Source: Vicugna vicugna
Taxonomy: Eukaryota
NCBI GenBank assembly: GCA_013265495.1
Contig: MU058213.1
Location: 3,472,001 to 3,536,000, forward strand
DNA: 64,000 nt
Reading direction: 5' to 3'
Shown: positions 24,447-35,731 of the stretch, piece by piece
How positions within the stretch are numbered: the first letter of the stretch is position 1
Layout of the letters: every line of letters begins with the position of its first letter
Program-made: the position numbers and the translations under genes
The notes under the pieces: model-generated
What the model saw: only the letters and a program-made list of their open reading frames with translations
Database searches by the model: none
What the model was told of the DNA's origin: nothing

Positions 24447-26449
24447 TACTCTATATAGAAAACCCTAAAGACTCCACACAAAAAACATTAGAACTAAGAA
24501 GTGAATTCAGCAAGGTAGCAGGATACATGACTAATATACAGAAGTCTATTGTTTCTTTACACTAACAATGAAGTATCAGAAAGAGAAAGTAAAAAAAAAA
24601 ATCCGGTTTAAAATTGCATCCAAAAGGAATAAACCTAAACCAAGGAGGTGAAAGACCTATATGCTGAGAACTATAAAATGCTGACACAGGAAATAGATGA
24701 TGAAACAAAGAAGTGGTAAGATAGCCCATACTCTTGGATTGGAAGAATAATATTGTTAAAGTCACCATACTACCCCAAGCAATCTGCGGATTTAATGTGA
24801 TCCCTATCAGATTACCCAGGACATTTTTCATAGAACAAATAATCCTCAAAACTCATATGGAATCACAAAAGACCCAGAATTGCCAAAGTAACACTGAAGA
24901 AAAAGAACAAAGCTGGAGGCGTAATCCTCCTAGACATCAGAAAATACTACAGAGTCACAGTAATCAAAACAGCATGGTATTGGCACAAAAACAGACATAT
25001 GGATCAACGTAACAGAATAGAGAACCCAGAAATAAATCCATACACTTACAGTCAGTCAATCTTTGACAAAAGAGGCAAGAATATACAGTGGAGAAAAGAC
25101 AGTCTCTTTGGCAAGTGGTGTTGGGAAAGTTAGACAGCCCCATGTAAATCAGTGAAATTAGAACACTTCCTCACACCATATACAAACATAAACGCAGAAT
25201 TGCTTAAAGACTTAAATATAAGACATGACACCATAAAACTCCTAAAGAGAACATAGGCAAAGCATTCTCTGACATAAACCATAGCAACACTTCCTTAGTT
25301 CAGTCTCCCAAGACAAAAGAAATAAAAGCAAAAATTAACAAATGGGACCTAATCAAAGGAAACCATCAACAAAATGAAAAGACAACCTATGGACAGGGAG
25401 AAAATATTTGCAAATGATGTGACCAACAAGGGCTTAATTTCCAAAACATACAAATGGCTCATACAACTCAATAACAAAAAAACAAACAACCCAATCAAAA
25501 GATGGGCTGAAGACCTAGACAGACATTTCTCCAAAGAAGACACACAGATGGCCAATAGGCACATGAAAACATGCTCAACGTTGCTAATTATCAGAGAAAT
25601 GCAAATCAAAACTACAATGAGGTATCACTTCACACCAGTCAGAATGGCCATTATCAAAAAGTCTGCAAATAATAATTGCTGGAGAGGGTGTGGAGAAAAG
25701 GGAACCTTTCTATACTGTTGGTGGGAATGTAAATTGGTGCAGCCACTGTGGAAAATAGCACTAAGGTTCCTCAAAAAACTAAAAATAGAGCTACTATATG
25801 ATCCAGCAATCCCACTCCTGGGCATATATCCGGAAAAGATGAAAACTCTAATTTGTAAAGACACGTGCATCCCAGTGTTCACAGCAGCACTATTTATACT
25901 AGCCAAGACATGGAAACAACCTAGGTGTCCAACAGCAGATGACTGGATAAAGAAGATGTGGGGTGTGTGTGTGTGTATATAATGGAATATTAATCAGCTA
26001 AAAAGAATAAAATATTGCCATTTGCAGTAACATGGGTGGACCTAGAGATTATCACACTGAACGAGGTAAGTCCAACAGAAAAAGGCAAATATTATATGAT
26101 ATCACTTATATGTAGAATCTAAAAAAAATACAACTGAGCTTATTTACAAACCAGAAATAGACTCAAGGACATAGAAAAAAACTTATGGCTACCAAAGGGG
26201 GAAGGCACGGGGAAGGATAAATTAGGATTATGGGATTAACAGATACACAGTACTATACATAAAATAAACAATAAGGATTTACTATATAGGACAGGAAATC
26301 ATATTCAATATCTTGTAATAACCAATAATGGGAAAGAATCTGAAAAAGTATATATATATATATAAAACCCCTGAAGCTTTGCTGTACCCCTGAAATTAGC
26401 ACAATATTGTAAACCAACTATAGTTTAATTAAAAAAAAGAGAGGCAAAA
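24447..26449 (+). mobile_element. 5'-truncated L1 (~2 kb): ORF2 C-terminus, 3'UTR and polyA; relatively young
   Basis: ORF 25374-25982 has the L1 ORF2 cysteine-rich C-terminus ([35 protein letters not shown]); TSD aaaaagag(c/g)acatct at 24432-24446 and 26450-26464. Confidence 0.93.
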
Positions 26450-27360
26450 AAAAAGAGGACATCTATATTTACTGAAATGGTCCAATGTGTATGATACAGC
26501 ATGAAAAAAAAGTAAGTTACCAAAAAGATAATCTCAGGTTAAAGAAAGATATATAAATATATGTGTGTGCATGTATGTTTATGAATATATAGAAAATGTT
26601 TAAAACAATAGAGGCCAAACCATTAATGGCAATTGAGGGAGCATATTTTAGAGGTAAGATGGAAGATTTAATTTTAATTTTATATGCCTCAATATTGTTT
26701 TAATGTTTTTCTTTTTCTTTTTTGTATCTGTTTCAATTTTTAACCATGACCATACAAGACTTTAAAAATAATAAATTATTTTTTTGAATTATTACGCACA
26801 GGGTATGAAATTCAATACAAAAGATATATGTCTTGCTCACCCTGTTCCTCCCTTCAAAAGCAAGCAATGTTACCAGTTTCCTGTTTTAGTTTTCAAGAAA
26901 TACGATATACATATTTATTCTCTGCCATTTAAATAATTTATATAAATGGTAGCACATCAAACACACTGTTCAGTATCTTGCTGTTCTGCAATGAGCAGTA
27001 TTTCTTAGGGGCTGTTCCGTACATCATGTACATTCAAAAACACTTCATTCTTTTTAATTGCTGCACAGTATTTCATTGTATGAATACCATCTATTATGTC
27101 TATAATTAAAAAAAAAATAACAGGAGGGAAGGGAATAGGATCTTATGTGATTTATCACCAGCAAATCAATGCAGTCTATCTTTTAAGTCTTTGACTGACC
27201 TTTCCCACTCCCCTGACAAAAAAAAAATGAAATGAATAGAAGAGAGAAGAGACAGGTGGACGAGAGAAGGGGAAGGGGGCAGGCACACTTGCTCCTGGAT
27301 AATCACACAGGTATTGACACAGAACTGTCTACACTGAAGCTTCTTGAGGAAGGTGCTGAA

Positions 27361-27550
27361 CAGAAGTCAGCAAACTTTTCCTGTTAAGGTTCAGATAGTA
27401 AATATTCTTCTGTGGGCCATACAGTCCCTGTTATAACTACTTAACTCTGTCAGTGTGGTGTGAAACCAGTCACCGGCAATACCTAAACAAATGGGTGGGT
27501 TGTATCCTACAGATACTTAACCAGCATGCCACGTGCCTATAGTCAGCCCT
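27361..27550 (+). mobile_element. MER58A-like hAT-Charlie MITE
   Basis: cagaagtcagcaaacttttcctgttaaggttcagatagtaaatatt...gggccatacagtc matches the MER58A start as I recall it. Confidence 0.75.
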
Positions 27551-28240
27551 CCACAGTGACTGAGTGAAAAGAGGGGAACTCCAACTGGAAATGACCATAG
27601 GATAGGACCCTCAAATGCCTCTCCGTCTTCCATCAAAAAGATCTGCCTTGATGATACAGATCAGAAGCCAGCCACAGAGATCTCATCATGGCAGCGTTTA
27701 CTGGAGCACTTGCCTCTGGACCCGAGGGACAGCAATTTTTATAGCAGTTGCTGGGGTGAAAAGATCGTCTATCTCCCTGTCCAGCCTACATCAGCTCTTA
27801 TTCACATGTGCGTTGGTGACGTGATATAACCGAGAAGCAGAAAAGCAGCCTGAACACCCAGGACCTGGCTTGGCACTTAGCAGCAGGATCCAGACAACAT
27901 CAAGGCTACTCTGTAGTCATGCCTGAACATAGCAAAACGTGGGCCCTGCCCAAGCCACAGAATACCAAACACCTCCCTATCCTGGCAAACGTGAGTGCCC
28001 GCCGTTTTGTTTTCACTAATTATAGCTTTAGCCTTGTTCCAGATAAGATTTGAGATATTCAATGACGTATTTCAAATCATTACGCTGTACACCTTAAACT
28101 AAGACAATGTGTTATGTCAATTATATCTCGATAAAACTGGAGAAAAAAGACATTTTATGTAAAAGTTAGATATTACATGGAATAGTATATATAATATAAC
28201 ATTCTGACGCGACAACAAAATCTAAGAGCATCTTCCTTAC

Positions 28241-28408
28241 TGAGCTGGCTACTGGCTGGCCAGTGGCTGAATTTCCACAAATAGTGAGTCTGGCATTTAA
28301 TCCTTCTGCAAGATGAGTCTGGACATCCACGTTACTCGATGGTGGAGATGATGGGAAGGCCTGATTGCCATACATGTTGGCTTCATCTTCTCTTATAATT
28401 TCCCAGTT
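28241..28408 (-). CDS. NEDD4: NEDD4 linker exon NWEIIREDEANMYGNQAFP...GQPVASS, 168 nt
   Basis: Acceptor tttttag, donor gtaagg; 87-nt intron upstream. Confidence 0.94.
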
Positions 28409-28495
28409 CTAAAAATGAAGAGAGTAAGCTTAAGCCACACATACCTTCGTCTAATGCTGTATGTCTGTCAACAAGAATAAGAAAATTATTTCTAC

Positions 28496-28613
28496 CTCGG
28501 AAGACTCCCGATTGTCGACACTTTCTGTTTCCTCAGATATCTGCCGTCTGGTGGTAAAAGCACGCTGTGCTTGCAGCTGCATGTTACCATTCTCAGCATC
28601 CGTTAGGTTGTCC
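28496..28613 (-). CDS. NEDD4: NEDD4 linker exon DNLTDAENGNMQLQAQRAFTTRRQISEETESVDNRESSE, 118 nt
   Basis: Acceptor acacag, donor gtagaa; phase 2-0. Confidence 0.94.
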
Positions 28614-30387
28614 CTGTGTTAGAAATGTGAACGCCATCACTATGTCTGAAGAGACTTCAAATGATAGTCAAAAATTCTGTGTTCATTAACAAAAATACTT
28701 GTATTAGACCAGAATTTATTGTTTTGGGCCAAAGGCTGGTTCAGCACACACAGATTAAGCCATGGGCACATTGGTACCTTCAGAGTACTTTGCGGAGTTA
28801 AAATTTTTGTGAAAATGTGTAACGTGCCTGAGTGATATTTTCATTCATCACTGTGCCTAGGATAATGTCTCACATGTGTGGGCACTCAAAAATATGTGTT
28901 GAATGAGTGAATACCTGAGTTTCATAAATAATTTCATTATATTATTATTTTGCCATGGTATTCCAAGGGTAAAATCTAAAGTAGTGCTGGAAAGTTCATA
29001 ATAACAGAAGCTTTAAGAGTTACGTATACATCTTCATGAATTAGACAGTAATGTTTTCCAGAATTGATCTTAAGCCCAGAGCAGTGTCTCCCATGCATGA
29101 ATGCAGAGTGTACGGATGCTGCAACTAAAAACTTAAGAGAAGCTTAAACTTAAATGGTATCTCCTTTTGATCATATACAGTCATGGGCCCATTCTGAAAA
29201 AAGATAGTAGGATACTAGTAAAGGCACGCTGGGGTCTAGGAAAGGTGTGGTAAATCAAACCGAACACCCTTTCCCCAGTCATTCATTAGTTATATTATTT
29301 TAAGGAGTTGTATACCGTAAAATAAAGAATTTGGTACAAGGATTTAATAACCAAATTTTTATTAATTTATTTACTACAATATAAGCCCAGGATAGTCAAA
29401 GACCAGTTCTTACTGTACTGTTGCACAGGGATCCTAAGAAAATGCCTCAGACATTTTTTCCCCGAGAGAACTGATTTTGGTTGGCTGAAAACAACATCAG
29501 CCACAGTGAAAGAAATGTGATTCTGCTCAAGTCCAGCTTCCCACCGTACCGAGGTATGCAACAGGGCAATTTGGCAGAATTTTATAGTGTCTTCAGTTTT
29601 GCACCCTGTATGGCATTCTACAGAGATCAATGCTTCTGTGACATGAAGAACTTGGCATCTCTGATTTGCTTTGGAAGGATCTGAGAACAGAAAATATGTA
29701 CAAAAGTGCCTGGACTATAGCAGACACAAAATACCAAAGCCAGAAATTAGAAGATTCATAAACAAATAAGAAACATTTTATGTCTGTGTCAAGAAGTAGA
29801 AGACTAAAGAAAGACTTTGTAAGGCTTATCAGGAAGAAGTGGAAGGATATTTGATAATCAATATGAACAATGGGAGGATCTGTCAATGTATATTTACAAA
29901 TACACAGTGTGATGATAACAAAAGAAAAATGTCACTGAGGAGACATAAATTAGAATACCTCAAAGGTCATTCTGTCCTTGATCTGTGTACAGTGGAAATT
30001 ATGTATATATTGACCAGAAAGGCAAATGAGTATTTAACAAAAGAAAGACCTTGTTATTGAGTCTTTTATATTTTATAAATAACCTATATTTTAAAAATAC
30101 TGTACTGGAGAAATTAACATTCCACTATATTTTAGTAACAAACTACAAAAAGTCTCCAAGATTTTCTAAATCAGTCTGAAGAGAAAAATGTATCTTTTGT
30201 GGCTGCATAATAATTAAAAACAAGTAATTCACCATCTCTTAAAATAAAGAAGCAGTTAGAAGGTGACTCAAATAATTTTTAACACAATCAAATCATTTTA
30301 AAGAAGAAACAGGTAAGATAGCATTTTTTAAGCCCTGGGCCATAAAAATCCTAGTATTCTTACAGTTCTGGGATTCCCATACTATTA

Positions 30388-30723
<336 letters not shown>

Positions 30724-31489
30724 TTAGCATATCCAGTTCCAGAAACTATGCAAAGACAGAACTGGCACATCGTCAACTTTTAAGACCATAATATGAAGAT
30801 TTTATGATAATGAAGATTTTCAGTTTGCAAAATGATTACATTTAAATTTTACTTGAAATTGTTTTAAATTCTTTCAAGAAAGGTTTTAAAATACATCTAA
30901 TAGAAGAAAATGGGCAGGGAAAACTTTTAAATAAACAAACAACATTGGAAAGCCCTGAGAAATTGAGAAGCATAGTTTAGACTAATGTAATCTTATGCTA
31001 TTCTCTACATTATAAACAGGGATCATGTCTTATTAGACATTGTCTCTCCCATAGAGAAAGAACCTTGTTTATGATGGAAATACATAACTCTCTGAAACCT
31101 AAAAAAACTCACTGGGTGAAGGTCAAACACGTAGAGGTGTGATAGGGAAGGGCAAATGATTCAGAAATAATTGAGAGATTGAGAAGTCATTATGATTCTC
31201 TGGTCTGACTTTTCTTTCTCCTCTGGACCACGGAAAGGCATTTTGGTCAATTAATAAACAGCCAAAGAAAGAAAGTTTTGTTTTGTTTATATGCTAGAAA
31301 GGCACTGGAAATTTCCTCTGAGACTAGCAAGGGGCAAATACACAAAAAGCCTTAGCTAGGAAAAAGTAAGGAATTATTTGAAAAGGGTAGTGAGGGTTAA
31401 TGACATGCTTTTATACAAGACACATAACAGAAAAGGCAGTCAGTAAAAGTTCTGCTAAATACTGATATAGTTAGAAACCATAAATAAAC

Positions 31490-32170
31490 TAGGGATGAAA
31501 ACTTAAAAATTCTCCTAAAGGTATACAAAAGAAGACCTGAGTAAATGGAAAGACATAATACGATCTTGAAAGATTTAATCTCACAAAGGTGTCAATTTTC
31601 CCCAAGTTAATTTATAAAAGTGCCAAGATTTCAATAAAACTACACTGTGGGTTTTTTTTAAAATAGAAAGACAAGGCAATTCTCAGGTTCAAACAGAAAT
31701 AGAAGCAAGCAAGAATAGTCAGTACAATTCCAAAAAAAAAAAAAAACGAAGAAGAATGAGTGAAGATTAACTTTGTCAGATAAAATATACCATAAACCAC
31801 AATTACTAAAGCTGTGTAGCACTGGTACATGCAGAGACACACAGCTTAATAGAAGCGGAAAGCTCAGAAAGAGACTCAGGTCTGTAGGAATTTAGCATAT
31901 GATACATTTCAAATTTGTGGGAAAAGAGTTGATTTCAGTTGCTACCTCATACCTTATATCAGAATGTCACAGATTGAGCAATATTTAAAATGCAAAAAGG
32001 AAAAAAAATGTAAAAAGGAAAACCAAAATGTATTAGAAAAAACCTTGGGATATCTAAAAAATATATTCTAAGAGTGGAGAAGTATGACACCAAATCCAGA
32101 AAGCATAAAAGAGACTGATTTGATTATAACCCCCTAAATTTGTACATGGCAAAATTACTAAAACGAAGTT
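31490..32170 (+). mobile_element. Old L1 ORF2 fragment
   Basis: gacctgagtaaatggaaagacata, gtcaattttccccaagttaatttataaa and aaagctgtgtagcactggtac are decayed ORF2 motifs. Confidence 0.65.
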
Positions 32171-34124
32171 TAAAAATGACAAATCGGGGGTACCAATGGT
32201 ATTTGGTTCCATAGATATAGGTAAACAAGAATTTTCTTAGTATATAGTCTTTTTTCCCAGGCACTTGGGATCCAGAACTAGAGGACTGTTGTGTGCCAGC
32301 CAGCAGACTGCTTAGAAGATGGAAGAGAATTCTTCCATGCTGGAGTGCTGAATCTAAACGTGAAGGGTCAGGGAGAAGAGCTGGGAAGAAAAGAAACATT
32401 TTCTGGCAGCAGGGAGAAAAGGACGGGTTTCTGCAGCAAGGCTGGTCTCTTTGGCGTGCTCCAATGGGAGGGTTACAGGCGGAGGTGGAACAGAAGACCA
32501 GGGGTAGGAGAGAGGAAGACAGACAGAATTATTCAGGGGAAAGGGATCTGGAGGGGAAGTAAAACTGACTGCCTTTCTTCTTACCTCTTCTGTGGGAACT
32601 GACATCACGTTAATTTTGTTTCTTGCTTTTTATTGTCCAAACTTCACTCTCTCCCCGTTTCCTCTCCCCTCTTACTTTGTCTCTCCATCTATGTCTCTAT
32701 CCACCTTCCTTCTCTCTTTTTCCTTTCTTTTAAGTGATCATGGTATACGCTCTATATACCTAAAACTTAGTCTCATATATACTAAATCAAATTTTATTTC
32801 CCTGGTCTCAATTTCAAAAGCATGAGAGTTGAATTTTTACATTTCATTCTCTTGGAAAAAAAAAGACTAATTTAAAAAATGTCATTATTTTTCTGCAGAT
32901 GAATAAAATTTATTAATAAAAGGATCCTTACTGTTGCTGTAAAAGACTGTAAAAACATTCAGAGCTTGGAATATGGTACCAGAAATATATTTTTTAGAAT
33001 TTTCTTGAAGATTTCTTCTCAAAGGTCTACTTATAGAATTTATGTTACCTATGTAAACTTGCAAAGGGAAAAAAACTAGTTTAATTAAGGGCCTATTTTT
33101 AAAAAACCTGTTTCAGTTAAACGAGGAAGTACAATTACAGATTTGAACATTGTTCAGAAAAGATGAGTTTTCATTTTTTTGTATAGAGTGCTTCCCTATT
33201 AAACATGTATCAGTTAATATTATTCACAAAATAATTTTCTAAGCATCAATATGTGTTACTTAATTACAAACCTCAGTGCAACTGCCTACAATTTCAGGGA
33301 GTCAAAGAGGGTCAGAAAGAAGGCATTCAGAGCTACAGCAAACATTATATTGTATGGTAATCATGTAAAATACAGACAACTAAACCTAAAGTTACAAGGG
33401 GTACAAAAATCAAATATTACATAATTACCTATTATAGTCACACTTTATCCCACTAAGGACTACACACTGCCTGAGAGTGAGCCTCTTTCGAAAACTACAA
33501 TTGTTTTCTTTAAATGGTAGAATTTTATATATTCAGTCACCAACTAGATGTCAAAGACTAGGCTTCTCTGCTCATTAGCTACACAGAAGATAAATAAGCA
33601 CAGATTCATGTGTCTGAATTCTGAGGGCCTTTCATAAATAAACTCCTACACGCTAACATCTACTGAAATTATAAGGTGCATTCGGAGGGAACTCAAACAT
33701 CGAGACGTGAGACCACAAAATGCAGCGAAGCAGCTCTACCCACAGAAACTGCCCTGTGAATGAGGTACCTGTGATACGTGTGTGTGGGCATAACTTGGAG
33801 CAGGTTACCAAATAATGAAACGCTGTTAAAATTTTTTTTAAGTTACTAAATAGAGAATTTTCTTTCTTTACAGCAGACACCCTTCATTTCAAACAGAAAA
33901 TTCCATTGTGCAGGATACCCTGTGCACCAAAATCCCAGAGAGAGAAAATTCTACTCAATAAATGTATAAATTTAAAAAAAAGATTATTACATGATAAATC
34001 AGAGAAAAACTAAAAAGAAAAAAGTAACCAAATAAAGGAATTAGACTTAAGCGAGGACACCGAGTTCTTTGATCGCCAAAGTAAGGGCTGACTACAGTCT
34101 CTGATTTAAAGAAAAGAAAGTTCT

Positions 34125-34265
34125 GGGGGAGGGTTTAAGCACGGGGTAGAGTGGTTGCTTAGCATGCATGAGGTCCTGGCTTCAATCCCCAGTACACCTC
34201 CATTAAAAAGAAAGAAAGAGAAAGGGGGGGGGGAGAAAGAAAGGAAGGAAGGAAGAAAGAAAGAA
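34125..34265 (+). mobile_element. tRNA-derived SINE (vic-1-like) with purine-rich tail
   Basis: ggggagggtttaagcacggggtagagtggttgcttagcatgcatgaggtcctggcttcaatccccagtac followed by a (GAAA/GGAA)n tail. Confidence 0.85.
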
Positions 34266-35254
34266 TTCCCCACAAAGTAAAATCTCATTAGTGTATGTAA
34301 AAAATTCCTGTTGCAAAAACACTGCTTATTCTCAAGCTTTCTCTCTCAAGACACATACACGTGTGAGGCAGAGCACAGCCCTTAGAAAAACCCAGCAGAC
34401 CTTCAGTCAAAGAGGCATGCCTGCTGAGGAAAGCACACACCCCGAACCTGCCACAGCAGACAGGCACCAATAACGGTGTGCTTTCAGTCAGTGCTGTAGA
34501 ATACGATGTTATCGTTTGAAGATAACGTCCCTTCAATGGGAACCTCAAGGGGCAAATGTTTTCATCGCCTTTTCGGATCATGAATTTTTGTACTGGAGGA
34601 AACCCTAGAGGTCACAGGGTACAACCCTCCCCCTCTGCAAATGAAGAACCTGAGGTTCAGAGAAGTTCAGACTAGGATTCCAGGCTCCAAATGCCCATCC
34701 AGTTCTATTCCAAATACACGCTATCTGCCTCTTCTTCACTCACTGAATGCAGGTGGGTTTGCCCAAATCCTTGACTTGAACTTCTTCCCATCCTGTCACC
34801 CAGGAAGACTGTTAAATTTGATTGGCCCCCAATAAATGTGGCCTTTTATTAGATCACTTGAGTTCTCTCCCCTTCCCCTTAGTCTCCTCCTTTCCTGTGA
34901 GCCCCAGCCCACCCCAACCATGATGGGAAAAGTCACAGGAATCACATTTCATAAGAGTTTCTAATTAGTAGAGCCTCCTCAAAATTTCCATATATTTAAC
35001 TTACAAATACTAAACTGTGTTCTTACTTTAATGGAGGGGGAGCATGACATGGTTTAGAAAACTGAAAAACTAGAAGAAGTTAATGACTTAATTACAACAA
35101 ATGCTTTCATTCATAAACACTGTATTCTCTATTCTCTCATCTTTAAGAATGCCGTCAGTAAGGCCAATGATTCTACAGAAACATCCTTAGAGGAAGGAAA
35201 TGCTTAACAAATGCTTGGGTAAAATAAACAAATGTCCAGGTAAGTAAATGCTGC

Positions 35255-35507
35255 CCCCTCCTTTTTATTGGGGTAAAATACACAGAACAAAATTTATAAT
35301 TTTAACTATTTTTAATTGTACAATTCAGTGGCATTAAGTACATTTATAATGTTATGTGAGCATCACCACTGTCTAGTTTCAGAACTTTTTCATCATCTCA
35401 AACAGAAACTCTGACCCATTAAACAATAACTACTCATTCCCCTTTTCCCTCAAAACCTGGCAACCACCACACTCCTTTCTGCTTCTATGAATTTGCCTTC
35501 TCCAGAT
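35255..35507 (-). mobile_element. L1 3' end fragment (L1MB-like)
   Basis: tgtacaattcagtggcattaagtacatt...catcaccactgtctagtttcagaac; flanked by the direct repeat caggtaagtaa. Confidence 0.75.
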
Positions 35508-35628
35508 CAGGTAAGTAACTTTTATTGCACACCTTAACTTTATTGAATATTTTTTCTTCAGAGAATAGAAAATGAAAAATTAGATATTATTTTATTTTTA
35601 GTTTAATCAAACATTTATTAAGTCTCAC

Positions 35629-35731
35629 CTCTAATTCCTCAGCCTGTTCGGCATTATCTTCTTCGGAGCCACTGGTTTTAGGTAAATAAGTCATTTTCAA
35701 TCTCAGATAACCTTTAACTCTTGACTTGTGA
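35629..35731 (-). CDS. NEDD4: NEDD4 exon (C2 end) (S)[34 protein letters not shown], 103 nt
   Basis: Acceptor ttccacag, donor gtgaga. Confidence 0.95.

Noticed and set aside
25374..25982. 202-aa plus-strand ORF
   Set aside because: This is the L1 ORF2 C-terminus within a 5'-truncated element, not a host gene.
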